NCBI RefSeq assembly: GCF_009914755.1
Contig: NC_060926.1
Strand: one strand, 5' to 3'
DNA length: 64,000 nucleotides
DNA from: the human T2T-CHM13v2.0 reference genome, Homo sapiens
Shown here: positions 51,001 to 64,000 of the stretch, piece after piece
Position numbering within the stretch: the first letter of the stretch is position 1
Layout of the letters: every line of letters starts with the position of its first letter
Notes under the pieces: model-generated
What the model was told of the DNA's origin: nothing
Seen by the model: only the letters and a program-made list of their open reading frames with translations
Databases searched by the model: none
Made by a program: the position numbers and the translations under genes

Positions 51001-51709
51001 GCTGTTAAATTTTTTTGATTCTTTAAAATTGATAAAATTGATCCTTTAAAAATGATGGAAATAAAACAGCTTTTACTGAATGTATTATATCAGAAAACCT
51101 TCAGAAATTATTTTAATTTCTAATAATTTGTCTATCAGTTACTTTCAGTTTTCTGTGTAAACAATCATATCATCTGTGGCAAGGACCTCCAATGCAATCT
51201 GATCACTGTCTTGGCTTAGATATGATTATTCACAAAATAATCCAAACAATGTGCATGCTTCTATCCTAAGTTAACTCTAGAACTTAACATCTTCAGAGTC
51301 CTCATTAATGTGAGCAAGTCTGGATCAAAAATATTCTTTGCAAAAACATTTTTAAAAAATCAGTATCTGCACAATATTTAGAGAAACATATTGCATTCTT
51401 AAAAGAATATCTGTACCCAAATATGATTGTTGTGAAAAGACTAAATGTAGCAATTGTAGTGTTACTCTCTGAAGCAACTGTGTTTGGAACTGACAAATAA
51501 TCTGTCTTAATAATGCCCCCACTTAAGTATGGCATAATTTGCAAATACAAAAACCAAATATTTGCTTTATGTAAGCCCTGATTTAAAACATGAATCAAGG
51601 ACCATAGCACCTGAGTTTCTCAACCATCCTCTTACACCTATCAGCTTTATGACTTATAAATGTTTAACCTGTAAGTCTGTCAGTGTTGCCATCTTTAAAA
51701 TGGACTATA

Positions 51710-52015
51710 GGCTGGGCAAAGTGGTTTACAACTGTAATCTCAGCACTTTGAAAGGCCATGGTGAGAGAATCGCTTGAGGCCAGGAGTTTGAAAATAGCTT
51801 GGGCAACATAGCAAGACCTCATCTCTACTTTAAAAAAAAAAAAAAAAAAAGCCAGGCATGATGGTACACACCTGTAGTCTCAACTACTTGGGGAGGCTGA
51901 GACAGGAAGATTGGTTGAGTCCAGAAGTTAGAGGCTGCAGTGAGCTATGATCACGCCATGGCATTCCAACCTGGGGAACAGAGAAAGACTCTGTCTCTAA
52001 AAATAAATAAATAAA
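51710..52015 (+). mobile_element. AluJ
   Basis: ggctgggcaaagtggtt...cgcttgaggccaggagtttg...gaggctgcagtgagctatgatc. TSD-like aaatggactata / aagtggaactata. Confidence 0.92.
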
Positions 52016-53893
52016 GTGGAACTATAATTATTGCCTTGCCTGTGGAAGGCAATTACTATGACTATGGTGTCAAAGATTTATATAAAAGCAATTTTTTAAA
52101 TTATCAGTGTCTTGAAAATATACAAGACAACGTTTTTGTGACATAACTTTTCTCACTTAAAAACAAGGTGTTTCCCAGAAATACTTGTTTGCGCTTCTAT
52201 TGACATAATTTCCAAGGGTCCACAATTCTTGCATGTGAATTTATTGCAGTATTTTGATGCTGGCCCATAAGAGGAGTTTTTGGAGGCTGAGATTACACTT
52301 GGGATATCCACTAGAGCCGACAGAATCTCTGTTGTCATTCTACTGTCCTCTTGTTATTTGTTTCTCCTATTTTCTCTATTCTACAGTTAATTCTATGACA
52401 GTATTAGATGAGGATTTGTTCTATTTATCCTGCTCATGTATTCTTGGTTTTGCTTTTTTTTTTTTTTTAACCAAAGGACTTGTGTCTTTCAACTATTAGA
52501 ATTTTCAGTCATTATCTCTTCCAATATTGCCTGTCCCTGATTCTCTCTATTCTTACTTTTTTTTTTAAATTCCTGTTAAACTTCTGTTGGACCATTTCAT
52601 TAGAGCTTCCATAATTTTTTTTTACCTCTCTTGATATCTCCCATCTGTTTATCTCCTATCTTCCATCTGTTTATCACTCTATAATACATTCTGGATGATT
52701 CCTCGGATCTATCTTCCAGTTTGATTTGGTTCTTTGCTCAAATCTGTCTTTTTGCTTTATATTTTCTTGTTCTCTCATTATGGTTTCAGTTTCCTCTTTC
52801 TCTCTTTAATGATTGTAAGCATACTTATCCTATATTTTTGCCTACATATTTACACATTTTGGATTGTGACTAAAATACTCATTTTCCTGGGAGTTTTTGT
52901 TTGTTTGTTTGTTGTTTGTTTCGTATCTGATGAATCACTCTTGCCAAAATTTAATTCTTCTGTGTGGATTATAATTTTTTAAGCCTGAGTTTAATTGGGC
53001 TGTCCACAATTATTCCAGTTCTGTTCTCTTTCTGGTATAATGATTATATTTCCCTGTGCCCACTGAAGTTAGGTGTGCTCAGATAACCTCTTTAAACAGC
53101 AAAATGTGAAGATAATTAACTTGTGACATTTACTTGTAGAAGTTTTACAAACCGGAATTTTATTCATCATACCCCCTTGTTTCCTGCCTTGACCATTATG
53201 TGGATCAAGTTGGAGCCAGAATCAGCATGAGTTTCTGTGTGACAACAGTGACAGAGGCCTCTGGCAGCGGCAGCTGGACATGTGGTGTGAGCCAGCTTAA
53301 GCTGTCCTATGCCGACTAAATTAATTTGCCTTCGCATGGTTTACTCCTTCATGAGAGCCCTTTCTTTCTCAGATTATGGAAGAATCCTGATATTTACTTT
53401 ATGTTCAATATGTCTAAAAATTCTGCTGGTTATTAGCATCTCTATAACTTTACAGTGAGAAGAAAGCCTTTCCATATTAGCTAATTTGACTGTGTTCCTG
53501 GAAGCCAGCATGTAAACTACTAGTCATTCAGTTTACAGTTTTAAATGCATTGCTAATAAAAGCCATAATACATGCATATTTATATGCAGTCTGACCATGC
53601 CTGTTACATTGAACAAAAGAAAGAACAGGGCACTGAATCCAAAAAAAGATGTAAGTCAAACTTCTATAATTAGGACCAATTAGGGGAGATGCATTTTAAC
53701 ATGAAAATTTGAAATTACTATCCACTTTTAGCAAAAAAAAAAAAAAATGCATTGCTTTTAAAAACATATGGGTTTTTTTCAAATTATTTCAAAGGAAGCA
53801 TCTGGGAAGTTATTTGCTAAAATCATTAGTGTCATATTCATATAAATTAAAACTGTAAAGTTCTAAAAATCAGTTTATGTAGGACAAAGATTA

Positions 53894-54270
<377 letters not shown>

Positions 54271-54593
54271 TTATGGCTAATACTGGAATTGCCATATTCT
54301 TCTATCAAGATTTTCATTCTCCCTGCTCCGATCTATTCTATTTTTCACCCAGTGACTGGCACACAGTACGCACCTAATACATAGGGTCAAACTGAATTGT
54401 GTTATTTTTTATTAGTCTTATGCTAGAAAAAGTGACAAAGTCTGAGAAGACTAAGTGAACAGTTCAGTGGCTTTTGCTTAGTGGGTTAGTCAAAGAGTAA
54501 AGACTAGAAATGGAATACTCTCAGACATGCTTGCTGTTAAATCAGTGATTACTAAACTATAATCAAAGGATATCTTTTTAGAATTAAAAAGTT

Positions 54594-54681
54594 CTTTTTT
54601 TTTAATTATACTTTAAGTTTTAGGGTACATGTGCACATCGTGCAGGTTTGTTACATATGTATACATGTGCCATGTTGGTGT
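54594..54681 (-). mobile_element. Very short L1PA3/4-like 3' end
   Basis: Poly-T followed by attatactttaagttttagggtacatgtgcac...catgtgccatgttggtgt. Confidence 0.92.
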
Positions 54682-54806
54682 AATGAAGACAAAGCATTTT
54701 TAAATTCTCATAAAGAACTTCTAGAACTTTTTAATTTGGAATTAAAACTTTTTAATTCCAAATTTAAAAGTTCTTTATGAGAATTTTAAAATGTTTTGTC
54801 TTCATT
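54682..54806. repeat. Near-perfect palindrome (~57-bp arms, 1-2 nt spacer)
   Basis: aatgaagacaaagcatttttaaattctcataaagaact...ttggaattaaaa pairs with ttttaattccaa...agttctttatgagaattttaaaatgttttgtcttcatt. About 3 mismatches and a 9-nt bulge. Confidence 0.93.
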
Positions 54807-57659
54807 TTGGCAATGATCTAAAAAAATTAACATAAACACATTCTGAGTTATCTGGAATGTTAAGAAGATTGCCTTATAACCAATTTTTGCTCATGATTTG
54901 AGAATCAGTTTTGCGTGTCTCATGATCAAGGTGAGGCCAACCAGTCCCTTATGTCCTGAGCCAATGAGAAACAGAGAAGCAGACAAAATAAATGATGTAT
55001 TCACACCAGTGAGACCAAACAGCATTGCAGTGCTCTAGTGATCACATAACACATTAACACCAGCATGCCACACTCTACAAAATTAGTGCCTAGGTAAATA
55101 CCATGATTCCACTGTGAGTGGCCCACTTAGTTCCATAATCAACATTTTCTTTCACATTTAAGTAATGTCAATATACACTTTATTGATTTTGTGATTTTGT
55201 TTTTGATTGAATTCTTTGTTAGGTTTTACAGTGGTAGAATAAGTTGTATGTATAAGAAGGTTATTGCTAGTTTAATAAATTTAAGTCAACATTGGAGAGT
55301 CACAAGAATTACATCCTTTAAACGGAACTTATGCAGTACTCAAGTTTCTCAAACATTGTACTATTTAAAATATCAATTCAAAACAGCCTTCCATAAGATC
55401 ATTGGAATATTTACATTCATTATTTCCAATTTAGGTCTCATAAAAATAAAATCATCAATATACACAAGGAACAAATGCTGATTCTTTCTCTGGCCTAAGG
55501 ATTTCTCATATTACTGAGGCTAAAACAGAGTTCAAAAATATTCCTTTCTTATGAGGTCAGTGAATTCTAATCAGCCAGTTGTCTTTATGAATGCTTTCAA
55601 TTATACAAGTAGTTAATTACTATCAGTCAACTAAAAACAGCTTTGAGGCTATCATTTAGAATTTAAACAAACATTCACCTTAAAAAAGTTGTTTTTAAAA
55701 GATGTGTAAATCAAGAGTATTCCTCTTTTATCTAAAAAAAATTCCCTTCAAACATAAAAATGATGACTGCCATTTGGTCATCTCAGCACCAAGATAGAAC
55801 TGGCAATCATACTGCTAATAGTGAAGACAGCCTCAAGGAGTGAAGACATCTAGGAGAAGGGGTACTTTTTTTAGGGTAAATAACAACTTCCTGTGGCCAC
55901 AGATTCAGACATGGATGGCTCCACGCATCAAGTTGATGGCATCATTTACATGAAGTCTCCACTGCGATCTGCTCTCTGACTTACATGAAAGAAAAATGCT
56001 TTGAAGGCCCAGTTAAAATTCTGATTAATAGATCAGTCAGGTACAGAGCCAAGATGTACAAGGGGCTGCAGTTGGTGCTTTGTCCAGGACCATGAATCAT
56101 TTAGGATGAATAGAGCCCTCAGTGATGGAGTTAACGGCACCACTCAGGCAGCAACTTGAAATGCAGTCTGGGGTTTGTTTGGCCCTCTGGTTGGCACCGT
56201 GGCCAGTGACACTCCAGCTGGGCAGCAGAGCCTGGCTAGCTCTACTCACCTGACCTGCCAACTTGGGCAGGAGCTCCCCTTTCTTCGTCCAGATTTTGAA
56301 TGCATGTGTTGTTAATGGAGAAGACGTGGTCTTGACAGTGACGAAGTTGAAAAGGGTTGTTGTCATTTTTAATACACTCTTATTTAAAATAGGTCAGTTT
56401 GTGAGGAAAAAAGAAAGACAAGCTTTGAATTAAAAAAAAATTAAGGAAGGATTGCTGCCACAAGAAAAACGAATCTGCATAAGTGGCAAAGCGGCTGAGT
56501 ATTTGCAATATTTATTCCTTGTGAAAAGGGGTGTGAGGCATTAGCAATAGAAGGAAATCATGAAAGTGCAAGAGCAGGGATACTCTAGCTGCCCAGTCTT
56601 AGAGATGCAGCTGCTGCCTGACGCTGCAGCACAAAGAACCTGCCTGAAAGGCAAAATGGTTTCAGGTTTGCATGCTGTGGTCATTAGACATGTGAGCCGC
56701 TCTCAGAGGGTGTGTTGGGCCTGGGAAGCTAGGCACCTGTTGCCCACAGAAACACAATACACTTATTGATTTGAGAGGGCTGCATGAAGTAACTAAAGAG
56801 GACACACAAAAATCCAAAGTAATAAATGGGCCCATTACCCAATGACGTTGCAAAGGGGCTGCCACAGGAAAGCCATAGATCCAGATTACTTTATCTAAGA
56901 CAGTACAAAGCAGAAGAATTGTTTATAGGAGGTGGGAGGAAGGGCAGAGAGAGAAGAATGAGGAAGGAAGCACTGCTTAATAAAAAATGGTGTTGTACTT
57001 GAGACCATCTAAAAGAACCCCTTCTGATTTATCTTCTCCCAAAGCTGCAGCAGCAGCGATTGAAGTGACTATAATAGCCCAGGAGAAATGTTGGTGCTAT
57101 TAGTTGGGTGATTGATGGAAGCGCTGCCAAAACAGCTAGGGAATTTGTCAATGTGTTTTTTGAAGTTTGTAAATGATGACACTGGCAAAGTGTAAACAAA
57201 CTCAGCTCCAGCAGACACGTTACACAGTCCCCAAACTGACACTTCCAGAGACTCATTTGCTGGATTGTTCCAATTACAAATCATCAGCTGGAGTAACAAG
57301 CTCCAGTTTCTTAGGCCAAGGGAGATAGGGTTTGCACAACATGTGAGATTTAAGGAAAGACATCAAAGCAACTTCTGTTGACTCATCATCCTAAGGACTG
57401 CCCTGCCAGTTTGTTGCAGGGAACCCTGCAGAAGAAAAGCAAATGACCTTGAGATATTTAAAACCCAGAGACCCAGAGGCCAACAACTCTACAACCATTG
57501 TATGAATCACATTAATTTCTTAAAGTCAATGTTACAATGTCTCCAGTTCCCATCTGCTTGATTTCCAGTAGTCTAATCCTTATCAGATCCTCTTCCTCAA
57601 TACTTCTGGGTGAAAGTTTGTATGTTCCAAAACCCATTCTGATTATCAGTGGGTGATTT

Positions 57660-58930
57660 AGTCAGTCAGCTATTCATCCTTCTATAACTTTCCTCAAAGT
57701 TTATTTCTTCAGCAAAGATTGATTGGGTAAAGCATACACAAGGTAGGATGCTCAGCATCAGGGATACAAAGGTGAGAAAGATGAAGACAAACCTTGCGGC
57801 ACTATTCACAATAGCAAAGACAGGGAATCAACCTAAATGTCCATCAGTGTGATAGACTAGATAAAGAATATGTGGTACATATACACCTTGGAATACTATG
57901 CAGCCATTAAAAAATGAGATCATGTTCTTTGTAGGGACATGGATGTAGCTGAAGGCCATTATCTCTACCAAAGTAATGCAGGAACAGACAACCAAATAAT
58001 GCACATTCTCACTTATAAGTGGGAGCTAAATGATGAGAAGACATGCAAACATAGAGGAGAACAACACACACTGAGGCTTATCAGCGGGTGGAGGGTAAGA
58101 GGAGGATGAGGATCAGGAAAAATAACTAATGGGCTCAATACCTGGGAGATGAAATAATCTGTACAATAAACCTCTGTGACACAAGTTTATGTAACAAACC
58201 TGCGCATATACTCCTGAACTTAAAAGTTGAAAAAAGCCCTGAACTTAGAGAATTTACATTCACTTGATACAGACATTAATCAAATGAAGATAAATGAGTT
58301 ATCTAATTACAGTTGTGGTGAGGGCTAAAGGCAAAAAAGAAAAAAAAGGGGGGGAATGATGTGAATAGTGGGTACTATGAGGACAGAAAACAGAGGACTT
58401 GACTTGGTTAAGTGAGTCAGGGAAGAATTCCTTAACGAAGTGATATGAGCAGTGTTCTAAAGCATGTATAAGAATCAGCTCAGGAAATGAGAGGGAAAAG
58501 ATAGACCCAGAAAAATGAAATAGCAAGGAAGAAGGTCCTGAGACATGGAGGAGCAGAGTGTTTTCAAGAAAGACACAAAATCAGAAGAAGAAGAAGATAA
58601 GGTCATGCAGGACTCTTAGACTTTGTTAAGAATTTTCATGTCTTTAGACAAAGTCATTGAGAGGTTTTAGGTATGGAAATGACATCCTCAATTTACATTT
58701 AGAGAAGACCACTCTGGCTGGAAAGCACAGAATGCACTGGGGAAGCCAGTGCAAACATGGGTCGGTAGGCAGGAGGTTATTGCAGTAGTTGAGGTGAGAG
58801 ACTGGACCAAGAATATAGGGGCAAGATTGGGGGAAAAAAACGATATTTGGGAAGTAAAAATGCACAGGCCTTAACAATTGAGTGTATTTTGAGAGTGAAG
58901 GAGAGGGAAGTGTCCCTTCCAGTTGTCAAT
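57660..58930 (-). mobile_element. L2 remnant interrupted by L1
   Basis: cagggatacaaaggtgagaaag...tcagggaagaattcc...gtcattgagaggttttagg...tttagagaagaccactctggct is typical of antisense L2. Confidence 0.75.
57797..58236 (+). mobile_element. L1PA13-16-like 3' end
   Basis: gcactattcacaatagcaaagac...ggaatactatgcagccat...ggatcaggaaaaataactaatggg...cctgaacttaaaagtt. Confidence 0.88.
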
Positions 58931-59650
58931 TGTTGTCTATGGTATGCATGGAGTCACCATTTTTTTCATACAGGTAATTTTCCCAGGAAGCTAGAGGGAA
59001 AGTTCAAAGTAGTGGGTCCATGGCAATCCCCCACATACAAAGCAGGAAAATGTAGATCTTTTGAACAAAGTTCTAGACAATCAGAAATATACTGAACTAT
59101 GTATCACCAACCATATTATTGTATTTTCTTCAAAAACTCAGCAGTCTTGGGCAAAAGAAAGGAAATATGAGACCTATAGATCCCCTGGAAAACAAAGGCA
59201 GGCCGTGTCAACTCTAATAGTGATTCTAAAAAGGAGCCAGAGAATTAAAAGTTATTTCCATGGAGGATACATAGGTCACCCCAAAATCACAAAGTGTAAC
59301 AGAGAAATGCGAGTTTCTATTTTAGTCTAACAAACTTTTGAACATATATACACACACATACATATTCAAACATATATATATATATATTTCAGAATCTATT
59401 TCTGGGATAGATTGTGGAGCCAGGGCTGTGAATACAGGAGAAACATAGAACCCCCAGTGAGGTGAATCCTCAAAACCATGTTTCCATTCTCCTATTCAAC
59501 AAGTGGCAAAATCAGTCTTAATTTGGTTCCTGTTGTATGTTTTTTTTTAATATGAGTCTTCAACAAGAAATAACCTGGAATAAGTTGTATATTTTCTGAC
59601 AAGGCGAGTCAAAATGTTTTCCTGTTTTCTTACAATAATTTTCACAATGT

Positions 59651-59941
<291 letters not shown>

Positions 59942-61284
59942 GAATTTTCACAATGTGAGTTTTTAATTTTAGGAAAAACATATCTCTGTGCACAAATCCA
60001 AGAAGAATGTGCTTAGACCTCTTTTGATGCCAGCACCTGACTGAAATTCCCCACCTCCAGGTGATCCCATGTCCAAGGGCACATTCCACAGCTATGAGCT
60101 TGCTGCTGTCCCAGCACAATTCTGGATTCAGAGCATACCAGTGTCCATTGTCCGAGGGACTCAAGAGAGATGAGCTTGTCAAGATGTTTTTACTCCCGCT
60201 TTGACGCAGCAGGGACTTACTTTTGCAGTAAGGGACATCCAGACAGACTTTCAGCAAGGCAGTGACTGGCACTGAAAGTAACTTTGTCTGTCAAAGACTC
60301 TTTTCGTAGAAATGCAAAAGGAAAACGTGTACCATTGAAATAAACTGAAAGCATGTCAGCGTGATTGGCAAGCTGACTCCTCAAAAGAAGAAATAATTAT
60401 TGCTTGTTAATGGCAGCTTATGTCAGAGATGTGCATTTTGGGGCCACCATTTGGGTTACTGCAGGCTGCCTGACATCACAGGAAGTCTTTTTTGGCTTCC
60501 GAAGCAGAACTGTGAAGTGGCTTTGGCCTCATCATTTGCAACCGTGGCAGCACCAGCAGCAGTGACTGACACATAACATGTATCTCCCACGTGTCTGTCC
60601 CTCCCTATTCTAACCACCAGACAAAGCAAGTTAAAAAGAGAGACTCATGGACATGTATAGTCAAGGCATTTGCTATTTTTGACCAGATTATTTTTCCAGA
60701 CATATTAATAATAGATGTTTGCATAATCAATTTATTTCAGTCAAAAATCAGTTAGCTTTTCATTTTTCTGGTTTCCAAATCAATACCAAAAAAAAAAAAA
60801 TAGTCTCCTACCTTCTAGAAGTTGAGTCTTTTATAAGATATTTTCCTTCACTTCTTTGGGGAACACTTTTTATGATTTTCTTTTGGGTTTATTGTTTTTT
60901 TCTTAATTTTTCTCTAGGAATGCAAATATTTGAGGCCTTGGAAGGCATAAACTACTTCACGAGTAACAAATATCTAGGAAAAATTATTTGTATATTGGAT
61001 GATAACTCTCTCAATCTACTCAAACATATGTTAGAGTCCTCAGAAGGACATCTCCTTTTGACTGTTCCATTCATATAGGCATATATCTTTGCTAATTAAT
61101 CTATTTCAATAAAAAATTATTAGTACCTACTATGTTCTAGGCATGGTACCAGTTGCTGAAAGACTTACTTAGAATAAATATTTCTGAATGTCTCTAGAAG
61201 ACAGAAAAAGTTTTATATGCAACTTTCCAAAAGAAAAAGAGATCTGCATCCGGAAAGACGTTCCTCTTAGAATATAGACATTTT

Positions 61285-63846
61285 TGAGGCAGACACAGCT
61301 AATTAGCTATCCCATATCCACTCTCCCCTTCTTCCTTATTAATTGAATTGATTTTAACAGAGGGGAAATGTGCCTAGTTAAAATGCCAATTTCTCAGCTT
61401 CCCTGACCACTAACAATGGTCACTTAACTCAATTCTGGCCAATAAGTTGTCAGAAATCTCAGGAGAGGGTGCTGTTTTCCTGGGCAAAGCAGGGGTGGAG
61501 TGTGGGGAGAAAAACACTATCCCCTCATTGTCATCACAGAGTTAGTGCACCAGCTTTGGACAACCTACCTTTGTGACTTCTTGTCACATGAGAAAAAAAC
61601 CTGACCCATCTGCTTAAGGCACGGTAGCAGAGACTGCTAGTGTTTTTATGGAAAGCCATTTTCTCTTCCTCCTGAACACACAGCCAGGTGACTTTCCCCA
61701 GCCTCCTTTACAGTTAAATGTGGTCATGGATTAAAGTATAATGAAAGGGACAAGCCCTACTTCCAGAACTGACCACCTAAATTTTCTCTGTGAAAAACTT
61801 CATGCTCTTCCTCCTCCTGCTAGCTGGCAGTTGATATCCAAAGCAAACTTGGAAAACACTCACTGAAGACAAGTGACAGCAAAGCCTCCATCAGCACGGA
61901 TCCCTGAGTGACCCACCCTGGAGTTTTATATAAAAGAGAAATAAGCTCTTAATGCAATAAGTCAATGAAATTTCTAGACTAATGTTTTACAATAGCTTAC
62001 ATTGCCCTGAATCTTAACATTATCCTATTTGAACCCAGATACTGCCGGAACAAAACCCCAAGTACTTGGCATTGGGTTAGTACTCAGGTGATCAGTGGCT
62101 AGAAGGTTGAAGAGTCCTGTTTTGTTTTGGCAAAATAGTTCATGAAAAGGGTTGCCTGTAGCAATCTGGAAGGCAGACCAGGTGTCTTCTGAGATGAGCT
62201 CTAGGGGAAGTAGTTGAAGAGAGATGTTCATATTTGTCAGTTCCTCCATGCTGCTTAAAGCAAGTTACTGTAAGGAAGATTGCAGTTCAGGCAAGAATTA
62301 ACACGTTTTGAGTAAAATTCCAGGATTAAAGGAAGAGTCCGAAAATCTGAAGTCTCATAGGGTTGGAAAACCCAACAGCTTCTGAATTCCAAAAAAGTAT
62401 GAAATAAACTGGAAAAAGGCTTTGAGTGGAAAAGCCCCATTAATTCTTAGCAATTAAACAAAGAATTCAAATGGCTTTAATTGACGTCAAAACAGCCTCC
62501 ATTAAGTTGAGAGAAGGAGGCATTAAGATGAGAAAGCAATGAAATAAATCAGAGTTCAGAATTATATCTGAGAAAGAAGTTCAGGGGGTCGTTACTAGCA
62601 CATGAAGCTAGCTCAGAAGCACATAGTTCAGAAGCCAAGTGAGCTTTTTAAGAAGTTGTATTAGCAGAACTTGCTTTAAAAAAAGAATAAAAGAAAAAAA
62701 ATAGCCCATGACTAAGGAAGAAGACTTGGCACCCAAACTTGTGCTAGCAAGGAGCAGATTGCAAAAGCTATATGGTCCCCAAGGAGGGCAAATTTACCAA
62801 TGGCTCACTTTATATGAACAGGAAAAGTAAGAACCTCTTGTCAAAAAAGAACACTTTGAGGGCAGATCAGATGCTGCAGAAAACAATGAAAGAAGGAGTT
62901 TGTTCTGATAGTAAATCCAGGATCTACACAAAACCTTCCTTCCCTGAAGAGCAGGGGTGGCCTTACAGTATGCACGCAGCAAGACTCCATCCTTGAAATG
63001 GACCAGCAAACACTGGGTCTCCTATCCGTTTGTTTTCTAAGGGGAATTTGTCTCTCTGTTATCCTGTGCTTGATCTGGTATTGTATACCTGCTGGTGGGG
63101 GGAAAGGGTGTGATTTTGTGTGTGTGTGTGTTGTTATTGTTGTTTTTTAGTTAGAGGTAGCTGGAACCCATGCCACCCTATCTGTACTTGATGGAGGAAA
63201 TTGCTCATCACTCAGAAATTACATACTTTGACCTGGAGACAATAACTGAATTTTTTATTAATTTTATTAATTTTCTTCTTTGGGGAAGGACTGAGTATGA
63301 CCCGTGAACAGAAAAAAAAAAAGAATCTAATTGCTAGCTGTTTATCAAAATGTGTTTCCTCTCTTCCCTCTATTTCTTAGCTTACCTTAAAGTGATAAAG
63401 AAATAAATCAGATTTGAGATTTTTGTCTAAGAACTTTGGGAGTGGTTACTGGCACCTGGAACTTACCTGGAAGCAAATAGCTCATTGTTTCTTCTTTTTC
63501 CTAAACATCTCACTTTCCGTTTTAGCTGATGTTTTAGCTTACGTGAGTTTCACATAAGAGAATGTGAGTAAAAGTGACTGATGATCACCACTTTCAAACT
63601 TGATCCAGAAAAACCTTTCATATATCTTCCTCTGTACTCTAATTACTGGAAACCCTATGGGGAAGATGGCAGCACCTGTCAGTCTGGTTTGATGATTGAC
63701 ATTTTCAGTAGACCCCTAGCCTTCAAGTCCCATGGACTAGTAACACCTACATTGGACTGATTAATGAACAAGAAATAAACTGCTATTGGGCTAGCCACTG
63801 AAACCTTGGAGTTGAGCCTAACATTAGTGTTTCCCTAATGCTAATA
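61285..63846 (+). mobile_element. Cluster of MLT1J-like LTRs with an internal remnant
   Basis: LTR-like segments at ~61285-61620, ~61623-62015 and ~63325-63846 (aagaaataaac...agccactgaaaccttggagttg). MaLR-internal-like sequence at 62030-63320. Confidence 0.55.
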
Positions 63847-64000
63847 TGAGAGCTAATATTACCTAAACTGTATGTAGGCACACAATTCCTGATGTTCCTT
63901 TGATGAATGAAAGCTTTCACTCAAATGTCTTTAGATCCACAAATGGTAACACCTGGGCAGTCTGTTATAGACTCAGGAGAAGCAAAAACCATGAAATTTT

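Overview
This is AT-rich, CpG-poor primate (very likely human) non-coding genomic DNA, dominated by interspersed repeats. I recognise no host protein-coding gene, and most ORF-track entries are chance frames or repeat-derived. The main feature is an ~8.0-kb defective HERV9/ERV9 provirus (15484-23511, +). It has two LTR12-type LTRs, a perfect 18-nt tRNA-Arg PBS, disrupted gag, pro-RT-RNaseH, a deletion that removes most of integrase and fuses its stub in-frame to env SU, and a recognisable env TM. It sits inside an isolated antisense L1 5'UTR. To its right are an MSTA MaLR provirus and an L1MA carrying both a U13 snoRNA retrocopy and a near full-length Tigger2. Elsewhere are Alus, MIRs, L2, MLT1 elements, two twin-primed (5'-inverted) L1 insertions, and a short L1PA whose 5' junction carries a templated palindrome. 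I see no evidence of a new biological system. The best leads are an ATG-opened protease-RT frame in the ERV, the IN-env deletion structure, convergent LTR12/L1 promoters, and the L1 junction architectures. Repeat subfamily names come from recalled consensus sequences and need RepeatMasker/Dfam confirmation.
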